Of a stretch of 64,000 bases of DNA, positions 1 to 20,184 are shown one piece after another. The notes below the pieces were generated by a model that made no database searches, was not told the origin of the DNA, and worked only from the letters and a program-made list of their open reading frames with translations. The translations under genes and the position numbers were made by a program. The stretch's first letter is position 1; each line of letters starts with the position of its first letter. Source of the DNA: Rotaria socialis (Eukaryota); assembly GCA_905331295.1 (NCBI GenBank), contig CAJNYD010000015.1:186001-250000 (forward strand), given 5' to 3'.

Positions 1-7272
<7,272 letters not shown>

Positions 7273-8202
7273 TAGTATCTGAAATATTACATGAAAACTT
7301 CTCGCATAACTTAACCGTTCTAATAGAAAAATGCAATCGATTATCGATACATGAATTAAAATTATAAAGACATTTTTTCTATTGGTTATTTAAAATTCTT
7401 GCGGTAATGCACGGATATATATATATATATATATTATGTGAGTCATTAAAATCATCAGATTGTCATAAAATTTTCATTATACTAAACTAAAATACGAAAC
7501 TTTTGTTTGCTTGCATTTCTACTTGCAGTTTGTTAATTGGCAAGTAAGGCGATTATAACTTATCTCGAGTTTCTTCAAATATCATTCAAAATTTAACAAA
7601 GAGTTTCTTTAAAACAGGCTAAATCTTGTTTATGTTAGTATTCAACATCATTATTAATTGCAATGGCGTTCTTCGTAAAACAAAAATATGTTCGTACGCT
7701 TGTTACTCTCTGAGCCTTGAAAAACATAATCCGAACTACTCAGATGAAACTCGTTCTGAAGTCTACACTTATTTATTATTACATGAATTGAATCTGCAGT
7801 ACGAAACATCACCATATTACCGACCCAAGGAAATTGTTCGTGCATTTATGTCAGGTCTATTCATTTTTTTTAAATAAATTTCACATATGAATGCTTGATT
7901 CAAGCGAATTAAGAACATCATCATACATGTCGAATTCTACTTTCAATAGATTTTGTTCTCAGAACATTTAGAACTTTGAATCATCATTACAATTGCATTT
8001 TCGATAAAAAAAAATAAGTTAATTAAGCTTTTCTGTTGTCTTTTCTTTTTCCAAATATGAACCTTGACAAACTTCTCATTCTTCTAAAAAGCATAACAAT
8101 GAAATAAATGTGAATGGCCTCCATTTTTCACCTGTATCAGACGTCTACATAATACATAAAAAGAAAACAAACAAAATCATAAACAAGGGCAAATCTGATA
8201 GA

Positions 8203-8766
8203 TCATGTAATCTTTAGTGTATCTGCATAATTTTGTAAAGCACTTGATAAATGTTCAATACCCATGGCATTTGGATGTAAACCATCACTTGATACGTGCA
8301 CTGATAAATCAAAGTCTAATTTTATAATTGAAAAACGTTTTGATTTATTTTGATTCTTTCGTAATTTTTTTAATTTTCTATTATAATTTCTAATCCGTTT
8401 ACGTATTGACTTTCCACCATTATCGCCATAGGTACGAAAAAACACGCTTGTTTTTGTTCGATCTGGTACAGTACATACAGCAATTGTTGTTAAATATGAA
8501 TATTTTCGAAGAATTAAACGAAGTAATGTTTCGAATTTAACAATAGCCGACTGAGATTTTTCACGTGCCAAAGTATTTGTACCAATCGCAATTATTAGAT
8601 GTTTTTGATTTCTAAACAACGATCCAAAATGTTCTTGTTGGACGAGAGCTATTAAACGATCAATTGTACAACCACCGATCGATTCAATATGAGTTTCAAC
8701 CGATTCAGAGGGTGTTGTAGTTGGTTTGCGAACATGATGTAAAAGAGAATCGCCGATTAAAAGCAT
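8203..8766 (-). CDS. SGNH/GDSL-type hydrolase (esterase)
   Basis: Block I LLIGDSL, block II G in SIGG, block III IAIGTN and block V SDGLHPN. The ATG at 8766 directly follows an acceptor-like TTTCAG. Confidence 0.8.
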   Translation of the reverse strand: MLLIGDSLLHHVRKPTTTPSESVETHIESIGGCTIDRLIALVQQEHFGSLFRNQKHLIIAIGTNTLAREKSQSAIVKFETLLRLILRKYSYLTTIAVCTVPDRTKTSVFFRTYGDNGGKSIRKRIRNYNRKLKKLRKNQNKSKRFSIIKLDFDLSVHVSSDGLHPNAMGIEHLSSALQNYADTLKIT

Positions 8767-9991
8767 CTGAAACAAATTTGGCGCGATAAGAAAATAATCT
8801 AAATAAACCACTAGTAATTAACTGTCTGTTACAAAATATAGACAGATTCATTAGGTCACAAGAATAGATAATTTATAAAATAAGAGGAGCAAGTTCGTAT
8901 TCAATTGTTTTATTTTTCCTTCTTGAGATCTTTGCATTCGTATCAATGAGTATCTTAAAATTATCAGGATCGATATGATTTGAGAGTACTTTGACTCCAC
9001 TACGGAGAAAAACGTTTTTGAAGACAACTGAATTATATATGTAGTGAGGATATCTTCATGCAATGTGCATTATTTTACGCTGCAAGTTTTCTATAACACA
9101 ATGTTTAATAATAGAAGCATCACAGTTTTTGATTATAGAAATATACTTGAATTCTCTTGGATCATCATCCGATAGATTCTAAAACGAGAGAGCACTCTCA
9201 ATTAATCATTCCGATTTAAGATGTGCCAGCGTTCAATCGTTTATCAGAGTTGAATATCAGACAAAACCTTTTAGATTTCTATTTCCTCATATTCCTTCTT
9301 CAAGTACATCTGATTGATAAATGGAGACAGCTTTCTTGCTTTGAAAGAGAACATTTTCTGCACGACATTTGTTCACCAAGAAAACTGCTTATTATATCAG
9401 TAATCGTCTTCCATCCGTTCTAGCCCATGAATAAAAATTCATATATAACCAATATAGATTTCAGGGCGAGAATTTAGTTTTGATCTTAACTTTCAGATCG
9501 ATCCTATTGTGAACTACGTAGCAATTCCAATTTAAATACTATCAATGTCTAGGTTCAATTGAGTTGATCATACGATAACAAAGCTTGATTAGTAATAGAA
9601 CTACAACATGCTGTACCGTGCAATACAAAACAGCGATTCATTTTGAAAAACCTCTATTAACAGTGAACTTTACGTTCGTCCGATTGTGTACCATGGGATT
9701 TTTACTATGTTACCATTAATGATTTTTTTTAGATGAAATTGCGTCCTGATCTTCATATATACTCGTAAAACGATTGAATATTTAAACAACAACATGATTT
9801 AAAAAAGAGATTTTATTAAGAAACTCAATTAACATTTTTTAAATAAATAAAACAAGAGCAATGATTTCGAACAAAAAAACTAGACGTATAAATATATATA
9901 TCAATTTTACTTTGATGAAGATCTTTTTTTCGGACGATATATAAATAAAAAATGGACAATTGTTAACCTGAAAGCAAATCAAAAAGAATTA

Positions 9992-12900
9992 TCAGTAGTA
10001 AGTTTCCCTCCAGATCCATTTTTGTGATTTGTTGTCTTCATCACATTTTGCTAATTTTAAATTACGACCATTTGTTTCCATACATAAATGTTCTTTATTG
10101 CTTCGAATTTGTTGTGTTTTCTAAACAAGAAAACAATTATAATTAAAATGTTGCTTTTTCTTAAAGCGTAAACGCTTCTTACATTATCCCATTGCCATTC
10201 GCCAATCGGATTCCAACGGCCATCATATTCCAAACAAAATTTTTTCTTTACGATATCATGATCAGATATGAAACAATGTTCACCAGACGCAATTTCACCT
10301 CCTTCATTCAAACGCCAAGACGCCTTGAATAAAAAGAGAATCAATATTAAAATTTAAACTTTAAATGAATAATTTCATCTGTGTGCACACAACAAAAATA
10401 TATAACCACAGAGAAAAAAGCAAGAAATATGGTGAATTTGATTGTTATATTAATAAAAGATATTGCTTATCAAAATTTATAATAGAAATAAATGAGTATG
10501 AATTAACCTAACTATTGTTTTGATATATATATCGAGTATTAGCAAATAGCTTAAATTACGGTTGCACAGGAAAAGTATTTTTTTCTTCTTGAATAACGTA
10601 ATCGTTCTTGTCTCGGCCTGATTAAGTGTTTACTTGATGGATTAATTCATTCAAATAAAAAGAAACTTGTACATAATCTTGTTCTATATTGACTCAGAAA
10701 ATACTCGAGGCATTATGTAAAACGTAAATAACACAGAGAATGAAAGAGAAGTTGTCTAACACATTTATAAGATTTTTTTTATTCGACAATTATTTTAACA
10801 GTGGGACAAAATTTATTTTAGAAAAGTCGATTTCCAAAATCTATGTGTTTTGCTTTTTTCTCTCATGGAATATATATAAATATATTAAATATATATATAT
10901 ATAGATTAAGGTGATTATCAAATTCAAACAGGATTACTCAAACAAGAGAAAAGCGATATCTATTTATTCACCAATCCTCTCATATATGGACTAATTATTC
11001 TATTTATCCACTTCTAGAATAATACAAAACGCAATTTGCTCATTAGTTTTTTGAAATCTTTATTTCCTTCAGTCAGTCATACCTGTCCATAGCAACCAGA
11101 AACACCAATTGGTTGACCAAATGAAGCACCAAGATCATTTAAACAAACGGAATGTTGAACATTTTTACACTAAAATTTTAGATTGATTCTTGTTTTTGTG
11201 TCATAGGTTAAGCAAAATCTTCTTATATCTTACTTCACCCCAGCCAACATTGCTCGATGGTGGTGGATATTTTTCCAAAACATCATATGCTATAGTTTCC
11301 ATAAACCATTTAAATGATTTACATTGTAGTTTTTCTCGAATTTTCTTTCTTTCTGATATGTCACCAAATTTTAATATACGAATAGCTGGCTCACGCCTAT
11401 AATAATATTCAGCATATTCATCCATCCATACATGAGCTACACGTAAATGATTTATTGAGGTTTGATATGGACTTGTTCCAGGTACATGCGATGGATGACT
11501 TCGAGGACCTCGATAGGCATGCGCAACATGTGAGCAAGGTACCCATTCGACAACACCACCACATTGCCACACTTTAAATGAAAGTTCATATCTAAAGTTT
11601 TTAAGGGATATTTACACTTGCGAGAAAATCATTTAGAATTAAACTTACTGTTCAGCTCCCCATACTTTAATCCCTGGGTCATATGCACCCAATTCAAAAA
11701 ACCATTGACGATCAATAGCTAGCAAACCACCAGCATGTGTTGGTGACCTAATAATAACAATATTTTGAGCACAAACAAACAAACAAACAAAACAAGAAAA
11801 TCTACCAGTAAGGTTCTGATGGATATTTTCTTTTCTTCGCTTCTTGATCTGGTATTTGAGTTTCTTTATACAAAAATCCCCATTCCCAAATACCACGATA
11901 ATTAGTCGAACCATAGATGTTTTTATGTTCTAACGTATTCCATTCTAGCCCATCAACAATCGGAACGGCTACTGCTTTTCGATTGAGTGCAATGCGTGTT
12001 AACAAAGGTGGAAGCCAATTAATAACCTAACAAAAAAATAATAAATTGGAGTCTTCTTTCTTTTCATTCTGTGTTGAAATTATTGTTTACAACATACACA
12101 TTCACAATGAGCATCGAGAACAATAATAACATCGCCCATTGATTTTTGTGCACCGATTGTACGTGCTTCAATTAGACCAACACGCTTGCCCGTTCGATAG
12201 AGTTTCACAAGACCATTCCAACGTTTAATATATTCTTCCAATTTCTCTTGTAAAGAAGCTAGAAGTACAAAAATATGAGGTATAGATCACTAGTGACTGA
12301 GTTCACTTTATAGGTCTATTCGCCATGGAAAACAAGAGAATTGACAATACTGTCTCTTGGAAATAATATCTGTTTAATTCTCAGTGTATCGAAAATTAAC
12401 ATACGAGTCACCTCTGAGCATATTATCGAAACTAAGACTTTAAAAAAATTATGTTTGTATACAAGAAAACCTTTTGTCAAATAATCACTCGCTAAATGAC
12501 ATAGAGCGAAAAGTTTGAATTAAATTCATACCATCAGTGCTACCATCATCAATAAGAACAACTTCTTTTAATAGTTCAGACGGTGAAGTATTGATTACAC
12601 TATGCACAGTACGTAAAAGAACACCCCATCCTTCGTCATAAAAGACAAGAATAACTGAAGCTGTTGGTAAATATTGTGAATTTGGATAAATCCAATTTTT
12701 ACATCTAAACGAAGAAGTATAATCAATAATATCTAAATAAGTATTCTGAAATCATACTCGTCTGGTCGGGTATCTTTGATACGTCTATCCATGGATATTT
12801 TATCTGAAACAACCATGTTAAAACCATATTCTCTAATTGATCTTTGTGCATCGTTCTCTTCTGACGGCGAAAGTACAACAGGTTCACCTATTGGTACAAT

Positions 12901-13286
12901 AATGAAATAAAACTTGACTTTTCTCACATGTTCAAACGTTGTGTCTTCTTACCTCCTTCTCCTGGTCCAGTTCTTTTTGGTAAATCTTTGGGCTCATAAT
13001 TTCCTAATGAATTACTCATTATTGGTTGTAAACTAACATTGTTCGATGGGTCAAGAAGTTTTCGAATAGGTTCAGCATCAAGATTCAGTTTTTTTTCCTA
13101 AATAGAATAAATCAAAGATTCATACAAAAAAAGAATTTTTCATACTTGTGGATAATCAAATCCATTTGGTGCCGGGGCTAATTCAGTATTACTAGATTCC
13201 AGTTTGAACATTAAAAATGGTATCACAAGAATAAGAAAACCCAGAGCAATGAAAAGTCGAAGTGTGCGTCCTAGCCGAATTCTCAT
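9992..13286 (-). CDS. GALNT: Polypeptide N-acetylgalactosaminyltransferase (GALNT7/pgant7-like), multi-exon
   Basis: N-terminal TM anchor ([27 protein letters not shown]), LDAHCEC DxH motif, [30 protein letters not shown] and a C-terminal ricin-lectin region ending [11 protein letters not shown]. Confidence 0.93.
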
Positions 13287-14349
13287 TTCGATAAATATCA
13301 CGCTCGAATATACTGTTAAAAGTAACCTAGTCTACCGTTCGACTATCCTTGTGTTTTCATTGATTAATTACTGTTTACTAATACGCGTTGTGCTTCACAC
13401 CGATTTCTATAAGATGGCGCTAGAAGCTGATATTTTATTGAAAGACAAAACTTGCTCTGTTGTCAATTGAACGATATCGAATTACTTTGAACACATTTAG
13501 TAATATAATTGAACTGACTAATTGAAATTTTACAGTATCATTATAGTAAATACAACATAACCTATGTCATTCAGTAGATTGAATACGTAAAGGAGTTTTG
13601 TGCATATTCTTCTTTCTCTACTATGGATGCACTTTGCAATACCACGACGCTGCAAACCAAGTTAACTTTATCAAAAAAATTCTTGTTTAAAACCAATGAA
13701 AATTTGATACAACATGAAATGCATTTCTGGTGATACACGACACTATCCATAATGATTGCTTTTACACTATATGACTGTTCGATTGAATATAGGGATTTAT
13801 TTAGAGCTATCCATAAAGACAAAGAAGTAGATTTTTTTTCATCATTTTGTTTATGCATTTATTGGATACTTTGTTTTATTATTTTTAGTTGTTTGCCAAT
13901 TGAATAGGATAGCTAATAAATAATCAAAGAGTATTGTTGTTTTATTTCATTATCAATTGACTGTGTTTATTCTACATTTATATATTTTCTTTCTACTAAA
14001 TCAATACTTTATAACGGATAAATGACATTATTTAATCGCCTGATAAATGTTACCCATTCATTTTGTAGTACTAGGATCTGTGTGGATGTGGTTTTATTCA
14101 TGATAGTAACTCCCACACTCACACCATATGTGCTCTTGGATTTATTTCCAATAGAATAAGATCTTTTTAAATAAGAGTATATTTTTCACCTCAGTGAAGG
14201 ATCTCTCATTATTCCCTGCCGATAGATAAATGATAGTACTTATTTCCGAAGAGAAGAATTTTGTGTTAATTGGAAAAAGTAAAATTACGGTTGATTCTAC
14301 TGCCGTATCACCATTTGATGAAAAAAATTGACTAAATTTTCAACTTTTA

Positions 14350-14930
14350 TTTGAGAAAAAAAGAAGAAAATGGAAAGAGGCTGTTTATTGTTGTTGATTG
14401 GGAGAGAGAAGGGCCAAGATTTGACGTTGTTATTCTTGTTGGCTGGTAAGAACCCAGGAGAATCATTCCGACAGTAGGATCCTATTGGATTCCGACAAGG
14501 GTCAGACAGTGAATATACCGAATATCATATGTGGTTCAATAAAACCGACGAAATCTTATAGGATTCCTGGACACGGACTTACAGTCGAATCCTTGGTATT
14601 AGATCCGATCAGATCCGATGTCGGATTTTAATGGGATCCAACTCTATCGAATCACCTTTGCGCTCTGATGGCTCAAAATGCTTATTTGATCGTGAATAAG
14701 AAAATTATTTTTTCCGCCGGGACCGACAATAGATCCGTGTTTAGGAATCTTATCGGTTTCTGTCGGAGAGTCGGATCCCATATGATTCGATAAGATCCGT
14801 TGTTGGATTCATGCACCTGGGAAGGGTCAGGATTTGTTGTTGTTGTGTTTCTAAGCGGGAGAGGACTTGTCGTTGATGTTGATGAGATGACAGCAGTTGT
14901 GCTTGGTAAAACAGGTGGAGGAGTTCGAGC
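14350..14930 (-). pseudogene. Ser/Thr/Pro-rich (mucin-like) exon disrupted by a MITE
   Basis: After an acceptor (TTTTAG near 14931) the frame reads RTPPPVLPSTTAVISSTSTTSPLPLRNTTTTNPDP. Removing the MITE plus one AA restores SYQPTRITTSNLGPSLSQSTTINS. Confidence 0.45.
14453..14821. mobile_element. MITE with CCCAGG...CCTGGG termini and AA target-site duplication
   Basis: AA|CCCAGG...CCTGGG|AA, with internal GATCC/GGATC-rich short repeats. Confidence 0.75.
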
Positions 14931-14944
14931 TAAAACAAAGAAAA

Positions 14945-15852
14945 AGAGAAAAATAAGAATAATTCGAAATTTAAACCGAAAAATTATTTCGACTTCAATT
15001 TGTAGTTATCTATCTAGTTCTTTTATAATGGAATAACCCAGGACAATGATTCCTGAAGAAGTATTCCGTGAATTTCCGGCGAAAGCCTGCCAGAAACTCG
15101 CTGTTTCCGGCCGGAACCCACCGGGAATTGTCCACAATTCGATGCAGGAATCCGGAAACCGTATCCGGCTACCAGTTTTGACAGGTTCCTGTCAATTCCG
15201 ACCGGAACCGGATAAATCCGGCCACCGGATCCATTCACCGGAATACTGCTTCCATGAAATCTCCGGAATACCACAGAATCCGCCGTTTCCGGGACCGGAA
15301 TGTTCGACCTGGGAAATAATGAATTTCTACTGGAACTTTCGACTCAATACAGTGGAGTCATTTTCAATATAAAAACAGTTGATTTCATCCTGTTGAACAT
15401 GTTGTTGAGTTCATCATGTTGCAGATGTTGCTTTGACTTGATTTTGTTGTACATGTTCTGATTTAATCGATATAATAATAGCATGAGCATAAGTTTACCT
15501 ATGGAACTACTAATCTTAATAATAATAATAAATTTTAATCATAGGATTTTTTCAAATAATAAGAAAAATAAAATTAATTCGAAATTTTAAAATGAAAAGT
15601 TATTTCGACTTCAATTTGTAGTTGATGAACTCAACAACATATTCAACGAGATAAAGTCAACTATTAATATTGAAAATAACTTTACTGTATTGAGTCGAAA
15701 GCTCTAGTAGAAATTCATTATTTATTCCATTATAAAAGAACTAGATAAATAACTACAAATTGAAGTCGAAATAATTTTTCGGTTTAAATTTCGAATTATT
15801 CTTATTTTTCTTACTAATTGAAAAAATCCTATGATTAAAATTTATTATTATT
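14945..15852. repeat. Local nested inverted duplication (foldback)
   Basis: 14945-15036 plus 15314-15417 is the reverse complement of ~15624-15812. Separately, ~15519-15623 is the reverse complement of ~15750-15852. Confidence 0.8.
15037..15313. mobile_element. MITE with CCCAGG...CCTGGG termini and AA TSD
   Basis: The termini are visible and the interior is CCGG/GGAA-rich. The empty site is present in the inverted paralogous copy near 15716-15728. Confidence 0.85.
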
Positions 15853-16408
15853 ATAAAGAAAAAGAGTATTTATTTTTCTGATGAGAAAATAAAACATAAA
15901 TAACTGGGTGAAAGAAAGGTGTCATTAGTTGGGATCAGTTTCTACGTTTTCTAATTCTAATTAATTTACACTTTAATATCAATGTTTGAAAGTTATGAAA
16001 GTCTCGTATGGAATATTTTCATTAGATTGATACTAAAACTCTAAATTTTCTCTGTAGACTGTATGATGAATTCTTTTCGTGAAGAAATCAAATACTACAT
16101 ATCGGATCAAATAAATAATCTATAGTTCTCTCATTGAACAACACAGAAGAATGATGATACTCACATGATCCCAACGAATATAGGATGAATATTTTTCTTT
16201 ACACATAAACGATATTTTTCTTCCAACTCAAGCGACCAACACAATGACTTTGTCAATCGTTCTATGTTCTATTCTTATTCTATTCATCTTGCTATATTCG
16301 TTGCCTAGGCAATTGACTATTAACGAATGAGACGAAAAGGATAAAACAGATGTTGAGAAGGACGAATGACCTGACATTGTTTTACATTCATATAACTGAG
16401 TATCTATA

Positions 16409-16685
16409 CCCAGGTTGATCAAAATGGACTCGTTTACGGTCTGTTTGTCGACGGTAAACGATGTCAAAACGGTATCTTTACGGCAATAAATAGGCCGTAT
16501 TTGCCCATAATACCTGGCACTGTAAACGGGACTGAATTTTCATGGTTTACGGCTGTTTGTGCTTCGCACTCTCATAATCATACGGACTGTATTACTGCGC
16601 TAGATATTACGGCAAACTTTCACCCGGAAAATAGTCGTAAAGTAACCGTAAACGGCCGTATACAGGCCGTACTGTTCGACCTGGG
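16409..16685. mobile_element. Third CCCAGG-terminal MITE
   Basis: CCCAGGTTGATCA...TGTTCGACCTGGG, with the same right end as the 15037 element and internal TTTACGG/CCGTAAA repeats. Confidence 0.75.
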
Positions 16686-17427
16686 TTGAGTCGGGTGGGG
16701 TAAATTTTTTGATAGTTCGTTTCTATTCTTCTATAACTTTTCTATTTTATATTTGAGAAAAAACTTTGCTGCCAAACATGTAGTGCAAACATTATTCTGC
16801 ATAACTATGTTTTGATTTTTAAATATTATCCCGGGATTGGACTGCACCAATTTTCCAGAAGCACCTATTAAAAATTCGATTTACCACACTCAAGTTAAAT
16901 CAATTATTCTATATACTTTTAAATAGATCACTGAAAACCTAATTTTTCAAAGATCTATATTTTCGACTTCGAAAATGTTAACATCATCGTAAAGCTCACA
17001 TATTTTTCTACAACTTCAAACAAATTTCCGGGATATAGACTAGAATAATACTGCATATGAAATAAGTTTCAGAGAGCGCCGAAAAAAACTTTTTTTTCTT
17101 TTAACCGATTTGGGCAAATGAATGATTCTAGGTGTTTTCGATAATTCATTAGAATTACTATTAAATGAACATAAAACAAAAACTTACGGACGAGGTGGGT
17201 GGTAGTCGAGCATCACCTAGAAGAAACTTTTATTCAAAATCAACATAAATTTTTTATGTATAATTTACATCGAGGCTGAACTGGAACATATGCATGTTGT
17301 TGTATTTCCTAAACGAGAATAAAATTATGCAACTTCATGCTAATTATTTTTAACTTTAAAATCTTACTGAACCAGCTTGAGTTAATGATCGTGCTCGAGG
17401 TCGGGAGATGGGGGGGGGGGGGNTTTA

Positions 17428-17585
17428 GCGGTAACCGCGGTATTAATCAAAATCGGCGGTTTACCGCGGCAAATGCCAGTTCATTTTTTGTGGTAAACCG
17501 CGGTATTTATCCGTTCTGCGGTAATGAGAGCCGGTAACCGGACCGGTAAAACCGCGGTTTACCGCCGATTTTCATGCGGTTTTTA
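17428..17585. repeat. GC-rich fragment of CGGTAA/ACCGCGG palindromic repeats, probable MITE part next to an N
   Basis: Repeated ACCGCGG, CGGTAA and TTTACCG units in an AT-rich background. Confidence 0.5.
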
Positions 17586-20184
17586 TTACATGGGAAGTCA
17601 CATCATGAGAAGAAATCGTTTACAAATAAAAACACCATATTATCGTATCACTGTATATATCATTTCCAATGACTTCTTTGATTCTCTTTCTTTCTCTGTT
17701 TATTTTCAGTTCAACCCTAGATGAATGTAGTAAATTCATTTCGTATCTAGCGTATTACTAACTAAAGTTGCGGTCTAACAAATTTTATTCTCTCATTCTG
17801 TTGTTTATTATTATCTTTGATGTATGATGCGTACCATGCGTGAATCGAAAAAAAAATCATTTTCGTATCGCTAAATGATAAATACAATATAAGTCAAAGA
17901 CCGTTACAGGGCAACTTTTGCCCCACTGCCGCCCCCACCTTGAAGATGAGTCATACATGAAAATTTCGCCTTCTCTTGTCTTCAGGGTAAAGCAGAACAT
18001 ATGATATAATCTTTAAAAAAAAATCATTTCATTGTCTCTCGATCTTTGCTAAACAACAATTATAACTTGCTTCGATAAACGTCAAAATGATTTTCAACTG
18101 GAAACAGTGCATTTGAATTGCATACGTTTAGTTTATACTCAGTAAAAAAATATTGGATCTTCAAATCCTTGATGATTCCATCATGGTCATAAAATAGACA
18201 TCTGAACAAAGGATATTAATATTATTAATTGAAAACAAAAGGAAACTTTATCTCGGAGAAAAATAATGATCGTTTTCACTGCTTTTTATGTTAATAAATC
18301 AACTTAGGCAATATCCTAGATTATCTCGGAGAAAACAATTTTGTGGAGATTTTTTTACTTCTAAGCATTAATGTTAGAACGAATACTTGAGAATCACTAC
18401 TCATGTCAAATAGTTTCATTTTTTCTATGAAAATAACTCTGGATTTGTGTTGAGTGTTATAGTATCATGTCTTTTCATCCAAATGAGAATCAGCATTAAA
18501 TTGAAAAGAAAATTTCAGTAATTATCTAGCACAATAACAAATAAATAGTATTCGATATTAAAAGCTGCTTACGAATTCTTTGCGGGATTAAAATATACAT
18601 CACAATATAACTGTTCCTGCTGATCACCTGAAAGCTGCTTTGTTCGATCTACTTTATTATACATTAGTTACCAATCATTTACATATCTCTCTCAAACTAC
18701 AATAAGGAAGCAGTTCATGTCATTATAAAATGCGAACAGATTTATTAAAGATTATGATTATTTTTAATTCTCTGCTACTTTTATAAAAGTGCTGGTAGTC
18801 TGCATTGTATGTCTATATTGTTATATAGTATATTTTATTATTATTGAACTCATTATTAAGGAATAAATAATAATCCAAACTTAAAGGAAAATCCAAAATG
18901 ATGTATCAAATCAAGCGGAATTATTTTTGTTCAATGAATCATATGATAGCACATAAAAGAAATCAATTTAGAGATCCAATGAATATCTTAGAAAAACAAA
19001 ACCGTGTCAATTAATTTTTTGAAATTGTATTTAATCTAACTTTTCTACACAGAAAGTTTTTCGAGCACATGAACAAGCACGAACGTTGACTAACTCTCAT
19101 TTGATGATCAACTTGATTTCAGTAGTCATATGAAGTGAGGGACAAGTAGAACACGATCAATCGTAATGTTGAGCATTTATTAACATATGATTGGTTTTCA
19201 AGAGTCGAAAATAGCGAGTTGCCATACATTTTTCATTAATACGAGCATACTCCAATATTAACAAGACAGTTCACTGTGCTTGATTCTGTCTCTATCACCT
19301 AACAAACTTTTATATATTGTATTCATCTTGATATTATTCTTCTATTTTATATTTGAGAAAAAAGTTTGCTGTGCCATGTAGATTATTAGAAAATATAGAT
19401 AGAATATGTTGATGTTGTAATTGAAAATTCTATTAACATGATCTTTTATGAAGAATGTGCCATTTGGTGTGCTTGTATTATCTTATGAGATATGATGTGT
19501 ATTATTATATTGATAGTTGCAAGTTGAGCGATATTATTTGTATGCACTTGCCAAAGTGACAGCTATCAGAAGAGAAAAATTGGTATCATCACTTATATGA
19601 AATGAAATCTTTAGGAATAATAAACATTTTTGAACGGTTAACACTCTATCAAGATTGATTGTTGTACGAAAACATTAGAATATGTAAAGATGAACATAAC
19701 AATTGAAGTTTATCGAAGCATAACTCAAGCAAAGAGAAGAACTCAGTATCATAGAACAGGACACTCATTGTTATCGTGGAGTTTTTGTCACATGGATTTA
19801 CTATGATGCGAAACGAATCTGTGTTATCAGGAGTAGCTGTATGAATATGAATGTGAATGATTTCTCTCTGAAGCTGGCAAATTTTTTTCTGCTATATTTC
19901 TTTCATATGATTCTTGCTTCAATATTTGTTCGATCAGAATTTTATGGAAAAATCTAAACATAATTGGTCTTCTCATTTTTAACTTCACTCTGTTGTGACA
20001 TGAATTTTCTTCCTTGTCTTAAATTTCGGCTTCCTCAAAATCAAAAGAAGCAGCAGCAACAGCAGCGAAGACACATCAATTGTGTTATTTGAATCAATTT
20101 CTTTTTCAGAACAATATATAAATAACGTATTGAACTGTGTCAAAATCACGGTTTCAGTATATTCCATCGATTTTATTTCAATAA

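Noticed and set aside
15023..15372. ORFs of 83-108 aa on both strands
   Set aside because: They lie within a GC-rich MITE and have no protein motif.
14453..17585. Short palindromic repeats suggestive of CRISPR-like arrays
   Set aside because: There is no constant repeat-spacer periodicity, the context is eukaryotic, and MITE interiors explain the repeats.
16722..19372. ~35-bp direct repeat (TTCTATTTTATATTTGAGAAAAAA.TTTGCTG) near 16740 and 19340
   Set aside because: Too short and AT-rich to assign a function or element boundary.
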